Source of the DNA: Candidatus Sulfobium sp.
GTDB lineage: Bacteria; Nitrospirota; Thermodesulfovibrionia; Thermodesulfovibrionales; UBA6898
Length of the DNA stretch: 22,998 nt
Reading direction: 5' to 3'
Assembly: GCA_037380845.1 (NCBI GenBank)
Contig: JARRRI010000021.1
Location: 1-22,998 of the forward strand
Part shown: in pieces, positions 8,578 through 16,906 of the stretch
How the letters are laid out: every line of letters starts with the position of its first letter
Position numbering within the stretch: the stretch's first letter is position 1
The notes under the pieces: generated by a model
Told to the model about the DNA's origin: nothing
The model's input: only the letters and a program-made list of their open reading frames with translations
The model's database searches: none
Made by a program: the position numbers and the translations under genes

Positions 8578-9756
8578 TTACCTGTCTACAACGAGGAAGG
8601 CGCATTTCAGGTACTCCGTCTCAGGCATCGGCAGCAGCACCGGGTGGTCCGCCGCCTGGGAGCGCAGGGCAAGCATACGCAGGCTCCGTCCCGCTTCCCT
8701 TCCGGCGGCCCTGAGCATATCGAGGAACATTTCCCTGCCCAGATGATAGGAACAGGAAGATGTGGCCAGCAGTCCGCCCGGACGGAGCAATCTCATGCAG
8801 AGCTCGTTAAGCCGCCGGTATGCCTTCACCGCCTCTTTTATCTTCGAGGAACTCTTCACAAAAGCCGGCGGATCGAGGACAATGAAATCGTACCGGCCTT
8901 CCCCGTTGGCAAGTTCATTTTTGAGAAATGAAAAGACATCTTCTCTGACGAAAGATGTCCTGTCCCGCAGGCCGTTCAGTTCCGCATTCCTTTCCGCCTG
9001 CTTTACCGCCCGGTCCGACTCGTCGACGCCGGTAACCTCGGCCCCGGCCGCCGCAAGTCTGAGGGACCACGCCCCGGTGTAACAAAAGAGATCAAGTCCC
9101 TTCCCCTCTTTTATCAAACGCGCGAAGGCAGCCCTGTTTTCCCTCTGATCCAGGAATAACCCCGTCTTCTGCCCTTCGTATGCATCAACTTCAAAAATCA
9201 CACCGTCTTCACTTACCACCGGCAGGGGGACGGGAAGACCCTTGGCGATCTCTTTATAAAGAGGAAGACCTTCCAGGACCCTGGAGCGGCTGTCGTTCCT
9301 GAGTATTATCAGTTCAGCGCTGAGAATTTCATCGAATATCGATATGATCTCGTCTTTGAACCGCTCCATACCCGCGGTCAGAAACTGAAGGACCAGGCAG
9401 TTCCCGTACCTGTCGGCAATGAGGCCTGGTAGATAGTCGCCTTCACTGAAGACCAGTCTCCCCGCGTCAGAAGCGCCGGACAGCCTCCTCCTCATATCGA
9501 TGGCGGCAGTTATACGCCTCGCGAAAAATTCCCTGTCGACTTTTCCGCTTTCCCGCGCCAGGAGCCTCACGGCAATAAGACTTTTGGGATTGATATAGCC
9601 GGCCCCGAGAAAATTGTCCTTCATGTCATATACGCCGACCAGCGACCCGGCCTCATATCCCCCGGGGCTTTCTACGATCTCGTTGGAAAATATCCAGAGA
9701 TGACCTGCGAGAAGCCTCTTCGTCCTCTTCACATGTATTTTTTGCAGTTCGCCCAC
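8578..9756 (-). CDS. rlmI: RlmI/RlmK-family SAM-dependent rRNA methyltransferase (23S m5C1962 type)
   Basis: PUA-like GHLWIFSNEI, SEGDYLPGLIADRY, GQKTGLFLDQRENR, LDLFCYTGAWS, DFIVLDPPAF, TSSCS and DHP...ETEYLK. The start is uncertain (GTG 9768, GTG 9756 or CTG 9747). Confidence 0.9.
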   Translation of the reverse strand: MGELQKIHVKRTKRLLAGHLWIFSNEIVESPGGYEAGSLVGVYDMKDNFLGAGYINPKSLIAVRLLARESGKVDREFFARRITAAIDMRRRLSGASDAGRLVFSEGDYLPGLIADRYGNCLVLQFLTAGMERFKDEIISIFDEILSAELIILRNDSRSRVLEGLPLYKEIAKGLPVPLPVVSEDGVIFEVDAYEGQKTGLFLDQRENRAAFARLIKEGKGLDLFCYTGAWSLRLAAAGAEVTGVDESDRAVKQAERNAELNGLRDRTSFVREDVFSFLKNELANGEGRYDFIVLDPPAFVKSSSKIKEAVKAYRRLNELCMRLLRPGGLLATSSCSYHLGREMFLDMLRAAGREAGRSLRMLALRSQAADHPVLLPMPETEYLKCAFLVVDR

Positions 9757-9758
9757 AC

Positions 9759-11936
9759 CTAGTACCACATCATGGCTTCAAAATTTTCAGTCGGTACGAC
9801 AACAATGAGGTGACCGCGCCACGGGCAGCGCTCGATCTCCTCGCCTCCCCTGTCGACGCTTACAAAGAGATGTATTTCATCCTTTTCCGCCGCCCCCAGG
9901 GCGCTGAAAGGAATGCCGATTTCAAAGATCTCCTCGACAGCCACATCGGCTACCTCGCCGGCGGCCTCCCATTCGCCACCGACCTTTTCATACCGGACCG
10001 CCTTTATCCGCCCCCCCTTGACGGGACAGATTATTTTCCGGTCCGCCGGCTGAGATACGACTATCGATAACTCGGTGTCATCTTCGAAATCGTCGAACGG
10101 GACCCTCGGGTCAATTCTCAAAAAAAGATAGTCCTTGTTGAACCCGAAGTGAATCGTCGCAAGGAGGCTCTCGGATTTGTGCATACTCCCGCCGGACTTC
10201 TTGACATCCAGTTCTGCTCCCTGATACCACTCGTAGTAACTGGTCACCTTCCCGTCTATTTGAGGATAAATAAAACCCCTGATGGCCAGCGTCGGCGATA
10301 TTCCTCTGTCCCGCTTCAGAACCGGCTCAAAGAGCCACTCCGGAATTTCAGCGCCCGTCTCCTCGAAGACCTTCATCAGGTTCAGCCTGAAGAGTTCGTC
10401 AAAGTCCTCCTGTGTCTCCGATACGTGGTCCTCGCCATACCACCAGTTCCAATCGCTGCCTTCGGCAACATGTATCGCCTTCCATGCAGCTTCGGTCTTC
10501 GCGCCTGGATTCTGTCTTTCGAACTCCTCCAGCCTGTTTCTCACATCTCCAAGATAGTCCCACGCGGTGTTGTCCTCCTCGTGTCCTATCCAGATCCCGA
10601 AATCAGCGTTTATCCAGGAAGCCGGAAAGAGTCCGCCCAGTCTTTCACCCTTCCCGTTCTCACCGATGAAATCCGAGATCGTAACCGTCCTGAGCCTGTC
10701 ATCGAGGGAAAGACCTTCGTACAGTCGGAGGAGAAAGTCACGGCCGTCGTTCCTGTAATACTCCCAGGCGTTTTCGCCGTCAAGAATGATCGGGACCAGC
10801 CAGGGACCGCCGGCGGGCAGGGCATCCCTTATGCTCAGCATCCGCCGAATCAGATCGCGGGCCGCCTTTCGTGCGTCCCACTGGGAATAAACGAAGCCTA
10901 TCTGGTCGGAAAGGACACGGTCCCTGAAGACGATCGAGACTTCATTAAAGCTGTACGGTCTGTAAAGCAGATCCGGCCTCCTGACTTCCCCGGATGTGTC
11001 CCTCAGGGTCTTCCGCAGCGAATTGGAGAGAACACCCTCATCCGTCGCAACCCACTTTATCCCCTCCCGGGATACAATACCGAGCACCTCTTCGCTTACC
11101 GACCCTTCCGGGGGCCACATTCCGGCAGGCCTGAAGCCGAAGGTCCGCTCAAAATATTCCAGTCCCGACCTCACCTGTTTGACGGCGTCCTCGGGGTGCC
11201 GGAACCTCCGGCCCGGCAGCTTCGCCTCCGGCATCGAAACCCCGGCTATGTCGGTATCGCATAGAAGAGGCAGTATCGGGTGATAGAAGGGCGAAAAGGA
11301 CAGTTCGATCCGGCCTTTTGCCGCCTTTTCGCGATATGCGGAGATTATCCTCCCCAGTATCTCCATCTGTTTTTCGATCAGCATCCGCTTGTCTTCTTCG
11401 GAAAAATTTCTTCCCTTTCGGGAGAGAGCATTGAGAAAAGGATCCTTTTCCCTGAAAAGGGGGTCGATCCAGCACAGGTTAAAAAGAACCTGAATGTCGA
11501 GAAAATCCTGGTCGTTAAAATACCTCGCAGCTCTCGCCAACTCTCTTCCGCCGGGGTGGGTTCCTCTTTTTATAAGAAGCTCACGGTACCTGGGGAAAAT
11601 ACCTATCATATTGTCCCAATGGGCGAGGAAGAAGTTTTCAAGGATGAACCGCCTCTGCTCCTGGTCGAGTCCGGATGCCGGCTTCCTGCTCATCTCCAGA
11701 TAGACGTCGGAAGCCCCGTTCTCGCTGTAATCGGTCAACTGTTCCAGCAGGGAGGGAACCAGGTTGAAGTTCTGTCTGATCCCGGGAAATTCGTCCAGGA
11801 TCTCCACCATATCCAGATAATCCTTGGTCCCGTGCAGTCTTACCCACGGAAGACGATAACCGCCCTTCATCGGATCTTTATAGAAGGGCTGGTGCATGTG
11901 CCAGAGGAAAACGACGTGAAGGGGCTTATCTGTCAT
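9759..11936 (-). CDS. Glycoside hydrolase family 57 (amylopullulanase/alpha-amylase-like) with a C-terminal beta-rich domain
   Basis: GH57 motifs LWHMHQP, PWVRLH, NLVPSLLEQL, PFYHPILPLL, nucleophile region WPPEG, acid/base region LDGENAWE and AEGSDWNWW. Confidence 0.92.
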   Translation of the reverse strand: MTDKPLHVVFLWHMHQPFYKDPMKGGYRLPWVRLHGTKDYLDMVEILDEFPGIRQNFNLVPSLLEQLTDYSENGASDVYLEMSRKPASGLDQEQRRFILENFFLAHWDNMIGIFPRYRELLIKRGTHPGGRELARAARYFNDQDFLDIQVLFNLCWIDPLFREKDPFLNALSRKGRNFSEEDKRMLIEKQMEILGRIISAYREKAAKGRIELSFSPFYHPILPLLCDTDIAGVSMPEAKLPGRRFRHPEDAVKQVRSGLEYFERTFGFRPAGMWPPEGSVSEEVLGIVSREGIKWVATDEGVLSNSLRKTLRDTSGEVRRPDLLYRPYSFNEVSIVFRDRVLSDQIGFVYSQWDARKAARDLIRRMLSIRDALPAGGPWLVPIILDGENAWEYYRNDGRDFLLRLYEGLSLDDRLRTVTISDFIGENGKGERLGGLFPASWINADFGIWIGHEEDNTAWDYLGDVRNRLEEFERQNPGAKTEAAWKAIHVAEGSDWNWWYGEDHVSETQEDFDELFRLNLMKVFEETGAEIPEWLFEPVLKRDRGISPTLAIRGFIYPQIDGKVTSYYEWYQGAELDVKKSGGSMHKSESLLATIHFGFNKDYLFLRIDPRVPFDDFEDDTELSIVVSQPADRKIICPVKGGRIKAVRYEKVGGEWEAAGEVADVAVEEIFEIGIPFSALGAAEKDEIHLFVSVDRGGEEIERCPWRGHLIVVVPTENFEAMMWY

Positions 11937-12249
11937 ACTGGAAGATATATTCGTCAGGCTTTGCCAAACCGTATTCTTCCCTTGCGAATTTCTCTCTGTA
12001 GAACGGATCGTTCTTCAACAATTCTATCTGGGTCCTGAGCTTTTCGTTCTGTTTCCTGATATCATCCATCTGTCTTACCATTTTGTCCTTCGTCCTGTTG
12101 AGTTTAATATACCTGATCAGACCCATATCTCCGAAAATAATGCTCACGCTCAGATAGATAAAACACAGCACAAAAACTGTTACGAATACCAGCTTTCTCT
12201 TCTTCAGTTCCGATCTGACCTGGTCCCGGAGCGGATTATTAGTGCTCAT
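11926..12249 (-). CDS. ftsB: Septum formation initiator FtsB/DivIC
   Basis: One TM helix followed by FGDMG, a coiled coil, and EKFAREEYGLAKPDE. It lies directly downstream of eno, which is conserved synteny. Confidence 0.88.
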   Translation of the reverse strand: MSTNNPLRDQVRSELKKRKLVFVTVFVLCFIYLSVSIIFGDMGLIRYIKLNRTKDKMVRQMDDIRKQNEKLRTQIELLKNDPFYREKFAREEYGLAKPDEYIFQYDR

Positions 12250-12258
12250 GGCCTCCCG

Positions 12259-13533
12259 TCATTTCAGGCTGTATAAGGCGTCCTTTCCCCTGTACACGGC
12301 GACCCCTGCCAGTTCCTCTTCTATGGCCAGAAGGCGGTTGTATTTTGCCACCCTCTCACTCCTGGCCAGGGAGCCTGTCTTGATAAGACCGGTGTTGCAG
12401 GCCACCGCAAGGTCGGCAATCGTCGTGTCTTCCGTCTCGCCCGACCGGTGGGATATTACCGCAGTATAGCCGGCGGTCTTCGCCATCTCTATCGCGTCGA
12501 GGGTCTCGGTAAGTGTACCTATCTGGTTGAGCTTTATCAGGACCGAATTCGCAACTCTTTTCTTGATGCCCTTCTTCAAAATTTTCGTGTTGGTAACAAA
12601 GATATCATCTCCGACAAGCTGGACCTTCTCACCTATGGACGAGGTCATCTCCCCCCATCCGTCCCAGTCGTTTTCTGCGAGGCCGTCCTCTATGGAGAGA
12701 ACGGGATACCGGGAAATTATGTCTCCGTAATAATCAATGAGGTCGCGGGAACGGGACTTTTTCCCTTCGAACCTGTAAGAGCCCTTATCGTAAAGTTCCG
12801 ATGCAGCGACGTCAAGCGCTATAAAGATGTCCTTACCAGGGACATAGCCTGATTCTTCGACTGCATGAATAATAAGAGATATGGCTTCTTCGTTGCTTGC
12901 AAGACTCGGAGCGAAACCGCCTTCATCCCCTACCGCGGTACTCAGTTTTCTGCTTTTCAATATCTTCTTCAAAGTATTGAATATTTCAGAACCCGCACGC
13001 AGGGCCGACGAAAAATCGGCGAGTCCTGCCGGCATTATCATAAATTCCTGGATATCAAGATTGTTGTCCGCATGGGCCCCGCCGTTCAGGATGTTCATCA
13101 TCGGCACCGGAAGAACCTTCGCGTTAATCCCGCCGATATGCCGGTAAAGAGGAAGCCCCCTTTCTACCGCAGCCGCCCTGCAGACAGCCAGCGATACCCC
13201 CAGTATGGCATTGGCCCCCAGGCGCTTCTTGTTTTCCGTACCGTCCAGTTCACACATGAGGCTGTCAATGTATGCCTGTTCATCGGAGTCAATTCCCCGG
13301 ACTTTCGGAGCAATCGTACCCAGTATGTTCCTGACGGCCTTCTGGACACCCTTCCCGTGAAACCTCTTGCCTCCGTCTCTCAGCTCCAGAGCCTCCCTCT
13401 TTCCAGTGGATGCCCCCGAAGGAACTGCCGCCCTTCCGGCTACGCCGCTCTCAAGATAAACCTCAACCTCCACGGTGGGATTACCCCGCGAATCCAGAAT
13501 CTCCCGCGCCAGCACATCGACTATTCCGCCCAT
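12259..13533 (-). CDS. eno: Enolase
   Basis: Motifs [56 protein letters not shown] and KTGS...ERVAKYN. The start is ATG 13533 or the adjacent ATG 13536. Confidence 0.98.
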   Translation of the reverse strand: MGGIVDVLAREILDSRGNPTVEVEVYLESGVAGRAAVPSGASTGKREALELRDGGKRFHGKGVQKAVRNILGTIAPKVRGIDSDEQAYIDSLMCELDGTENKKRLGANAILGVSLAVCRAAAVERGLPLYRHIGGINAKVLPVPMMNILNGGAHADNNLDIQEFMIMPAGLADFSSALRAGSEIFNTLKKILKSRKLSTAVGDEGGFAPSLASNEEAISLIIHAVEESGYVPGKDIFIALDVAASELYDKGSYRFEGKKSRSRDLIDYYGDIISRYPVLSIEDGLAENDWDGWGEMTSSIGEKVQLVGDDIFVTNTKILKKGIKKRVANSVLIKLNQIGTLTETLDAIEMAKTAGYTAVISHRSGETEDTTIADLAVACNTGLIKTGSLARSERVAKYNRLLAIEEELAGVAVYRGKDALYSLK

Positions 13534-13576
13534 CATTCCCCCTTTATGAGATGTAATATAAATTCGCCATTGGAGT

Positions 13577-14980
13577 TTACCTTTCGCCCACTCTCAGGTA
13601 CTTCTTTATCATCGTCTCTATCCTGCCGTTATCAAAAGACCCGCCGCTCAGTTCGGCCCTGTTTTCGATATTCCTGAGCGTCAGTTCCAGAAACACCCTG
13701 AACTGTTTAATCCTCTCGTGCGCCCTGTAGAAACCCGGCCCCTCCGCCACGACTTCCGGCAGCAAATTGACTTCCTGAAAGAACGACGCAAACTCTTCGT
13801 AGTCGCCGTATCTCAGCAGCCGGAAAGCTGATCCTTCAAAATATACCATATAGTTCCTGAGTGATTCAAAAGCCGCAACCCTCTGGCGGACGTTCCGCGC
13901 AGCGCTTTCCGCCATCCAGACGAACTCATGAAGGACGAATGCGTCTTCACGCAGCATGACAGACTGCTGCAGCCTTGTAACAAAGCTTGGGAAAATCGCC
14001 TCCCCTTTCACGTCAGGGTTAAAAAACTGAGTCAGCTGCACTATAACCTGTTCCGTCAGATTCTTCAGTATCCCGTGACTGTTCTCTATCTTTCCCCTGA
14101 AATGAGGTGATGTCCTCAATTTGTAAATGTCGCGCAGTTCCTGGGAAAACACCCGCTTGCTCTCCATTGAAAACTGGTATGCGGCAGACCTTAGCAGTCC
14201 GGCCAGGACCTTGTCCGACGACGCCTTGACAGTCTTGTCGAGGAACCCGATGAATATGTTTATCTCCGACCTCACCAGAGACAAAATCATCAGGGACGAG
14301 TTCAGGGTAACCTCCCGCCGGGTCGCTATGTCAACAAAGCTCAGAAACCGGAGGAATCTGAAAAGATATATGTAAATGAGGGAGACTTCCTTCTTAAACT
14401 CCTTTGGACTCACCGCCTTCACAATTTCCGATATCTCCCTGCTGCCGATGAAGTCGTACTCCGGATTCAGCCCCTTTCTGAAAGGATTGAAAAACCTGTT
14501 TTCCCTTATCTCCTTGCTGATGAGACGCCCGATGTTCATGAAACTCAGGTATGAAATATTTCCAGCCTGAAGAAGGTCTGACACTATCCCTTTCAGGTTT
14601 ATGCATGTGTCATAAAGGAGGTAAAGCGATTTTTCCGGGGTATCCTGACGGTAAAGATTCTCCCTGAAGGCGTCCCGCCTGTCGGCGGTGAGGAGTTTGG
14701 TCTCCGCAAATTTCTGAAACCAGTAAACATTCTTTCTGCTGTCGGGAATGATAACCTCCAGGATTCCCAGAAGGCGAAGGATCGCGTCCCTCACCGTAAT
14801 CAGGTCATCGGAAAAGTTCGCAGCAGTGATTTCCTCCTGCGAGGGGCGGACGTTTTCAATGGTGAAAAAACGTTCGAGCGACCGCAGGAGGACATCCACT
14901 TCAGAGAAAAGTTCACTATTACCCTTTCTGGACGCCAAAACCCAGTTCTCCGCATGCCCTCTGTCCTCTTTCAGGATCAT
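13577..14980 (-). CDS. Hypothetical 467-aa protein, probably cytoplasmic and largely alpha-helical
   Basis: A long ORF that fills the gap between lpdA and eno on the same strand, with GGAG upstream. It shows amphipathic helical patterning and no family motif that I recognise. Confidence 0.8.
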   Translation of the reverse strand: MILKEDRGHAENWVLASRKGNSELFSEVDVLLRSLERFFTIENVRPSQEEITAANFSDDLITVRDAILRLLGILEVIIPDSRKNVYWFQKFAETKLLTADRRDAFRENLYRQDTPEKSLYLLYDTCINLKGIVSDLLQAGNISYLSFMNIGRLISKEIRENRFFNPFRKGLNPEYDFIGSREISEIVKAVSPKEFKKEVSLIYIYLFRFLRFLSFVDIATRREVTLNSSLMILSLVRSEINIFIGFLDKTVKASSDKVLAGLLRSAAYQFSMESKRVFSQELRDIYKLRTSPHFRGKIENSHGILKNLTEQVIVQLTQFFNPDVKGEAIFPSFVTRLQQSVMLREDAFVLHEFVWMAESAARNVRQRVAAFESLRNYMVYFEGSAFRLLRYGDYEEFASFFQEVNLLPEVVAEGPGFYRAHERIKQFRVFLELTLRNIENRAELSGGSFDNGRIETMIKKYLRVGER

Positions 14981-14998
14981 CCCGGTCGCTTACTCCGT

Positions 14999-16387
14999 CT
15001 ATTTCTTCCGGGGTACATGTATCGCTTCGCCATGGACATCTTCCGCAGCCTCTTTCACCCCCTCGGAAAGAGTGGGATGAGTATGTATCGTCTCGGCAAT
15101 ATCCCGGGCGGTAAGGCCGGCCCGCATTGCCACTGCCGCCTCGTGTATAAGATCCGAGGCATGCGGCCCTATGATATGTGCGCCAAGGATCTTGTCCGTC
15201 TTCTCTTCGGATATGAACTTTATAAAGCCCGAAATCTCTCCTATGGCGTGAGCCTTGCCGAGCGCCCTGAATTGAAAATGACCGGTCCTGAAGGCAATAC
15301 CCTTCTCGGCCGCCTGGTGCTCCCTCAGACCTACCGAAGCAATCTCGGGGGAAGTAAAGATCGCCGCCGGCACGACTCCATAATCCATTTCGCATTCCTG
15401 CCCCAATGCGTTCTTCACAGCAACAATGCCTTCCGCCGACGAAACATGGGCCAGTAGCATACCTCCGGTGACGTCTCCCACTGCGTAGACACCGGCAACA
15501 TTGGTCTCCATCCTGCTGTTTACCAGGATGTTCCCTTTTTCTCCTCTTTTCACTCCAACAGTCTCCAGTCCCATGTTTTCGCTGTTCAGGGCCCTCCCGA
15601 CGGAAACAAGCGCTTTCTCGGCGGATAATTCACTCCCGTCGGAAAGGAAGGCGTGCACGCCGTCGTCCCTGATACCCACCTTTTCAAGCTTGACACCTGT
15701 GAGCAGCTTTATCTTCTTTTTCTTGAACTCCCTCTCCAGGAGATCCGAAATCTCCTCGTCTTCTGTGCTCACGGCCCTCGGCATCATCTCGACCATCGTA
15801 ATTTCTGTCCCGAGTTCCCGGTAGATGCAGGCAAACTCGGACCCTATGACGCCGGCACCGACTATAAGGAGACTTTCGGGAATCTCCGTGAGCTTCAGAG
15901 CGTCGCTCGAAGATATGATCCTCTTTCCGTCAAAAGGCAGTATGGGGATATTCGCCGGTCTCGATCCCGTAGCGATAATGATCTTGTCGGCATCAACGGT
16001 CTCAGTGTTGCCATCCTTAGTCTTTACCTCCACACTGGTCGGAGAAGTCAGAACGCCCCTTCCCATCCTCAGTTCGATGCCCCAGCTCTTGAAAAGACCC
16101 CTGATCCCCTTGACCTGGATACCTACAACCTTGTCCTTCCTCTCCATTATCCTGGGAAGGCTGGCTACAATTTCTCCTTTCAGATGCATCCCGAATTTCT
16201 CGAGTTCCTTGACCTTCGCGAGCACCTCACAAGAGCCGATCATGGTCTTGGTCGGGATACAACCCCAGTTAAGGCATGTCCCGCCCACCTCGTCGTCTTC
16301 GATAACAGTCACGCCGGCACCAAGCTGGGCGGCTTTAATCGCCGCCACGTATCCGCCGGGGCCGGATCCGACAATGGCCAGTCTCAT
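14999..16387 (-). CDS. lpdA: Dihydrolipoamide dehydrogenase
   Basis: FAD-binding GSGPGGYVAA, redox disulfide GGTCLNWGCIPTK, NAD-binding GAGVIGSE, GDVTGG..LAH and C-terminal HPTLSE. Confidence 0.96.
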   Translation of the reverse strand: MRLAIVGSGPGGYVAAIKAAQLGAGVTVIEDDEVGGTCLNWGCIPTKTMIGSCEVLAKVKELEKFGMHLKGEIVASLPRIMERKDKVVGIQVKGIRGLFKSWGIELRMGRGVLTSPTSVEVKTKDGNTETVDADKIIIATGSRPANIPILPFDGKRIISSSDALKLTEIPESLLIVGAGVIGSEFACIYRELGTEITMVEMMPRAVSTEDEEISDLLEREFKKKKIKLLTGVKLEKVGIRDDGVHAFLSDGSELSAEKALVSVGRALNSENMGLETVGVKRGEKGNILVNSRMETNVAGVYAVGDVTGGMLLAHVSSAEGIVAVKNALGQECEMDYGVVPAAIFTSPEIASVGLREHQAAEKGIAFRTGHFQFRALGKAHAIGEISGFIKFISEEKTDKILGAHIIGPHASDLIHEAAVAMRAGLTARDIAETIHTHPTLSEGVKEAAEDVHGEAIHVPRKK

Positions 16388-16770
16388 TTCGATTCTTCTT
16401 CGATATATTTCTCGTAATCCGAGGAGTCCATCAACTCATCCACTTCGGAAGGGTCGTCGAGTTCAATGACGACCACCCAGCCCTTTCCATAGGGGTCTTC
16501 GTTGATAATCTCGGGAGATTCAGCGAGTTCCTCGTTGACCTTCACAATTTTTCCACTGACAGGGGAGATGACTGACGACGTCGCCTTAGTGGACTCTATC
16601 TCCGATATCTCATGGTCTGCGTCCACCAAGGAACCTACTTCCGGCAGATCGATATAGACTATGTCTCCCAAAGAGTCCTGCGCATAATCAGTAATCCCGA
16701 CCGTGCCTTTCTTGCCATCGACCTTTACCCAGGTATGTTCCTTGTGGTATTTGTTGTCATCAGGGTTCAT
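16384..16770 (-). CDS. gcvH: Glycine cleavage H-family lipoyl carrier protein
   Basis: Motifs HTWVK, VGITDYAQDSLGDIVY, lipoyl-Lys EIESTKAT...SPVSG and INEDPYGKGW. SD AAGGAGG; ATGA overlap with lpdA. Confidence 0.93.
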   Translation of the reverse strand: MNPDDNKYHKEHTWVKVDGKKGTVGITDYAQDSLGDIVYIDLPEVGSLVDADHEISEIESTKATSSVISPVSGKIVKVNEELAESPEIINEDPYGKGWVVVIELDDPSEVDELMDSSDYEKYIEEESK

Positions 16771-16906
16771 CAGTATTATCCTCCTTTATGCGCTGTTGGG
16801 TTCTGCTTTCTTATCACGGCCTTTTACACCTTGCCAAGAACGTCTTGAGCCGCTGCGCGGCCTCGTGATTAGTATAACTATATCACTAAAAGCCGTCGGG
16901 AAGAAA

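Noticed and set aside
10149..12038. Long + strand ORFs (371 aa and 252 aa) opposite GH57
   Set aside because: They are antisense shadow frames of a well-supported gene, with no motifs or RBS.
16771..16906. Glycine riboswitch upstream of gcvH
   Set aside because: The conserved GGAGA...CCGAAG...CTCTCAGG blocks are absent and the space is too short for the tandem aptamer.
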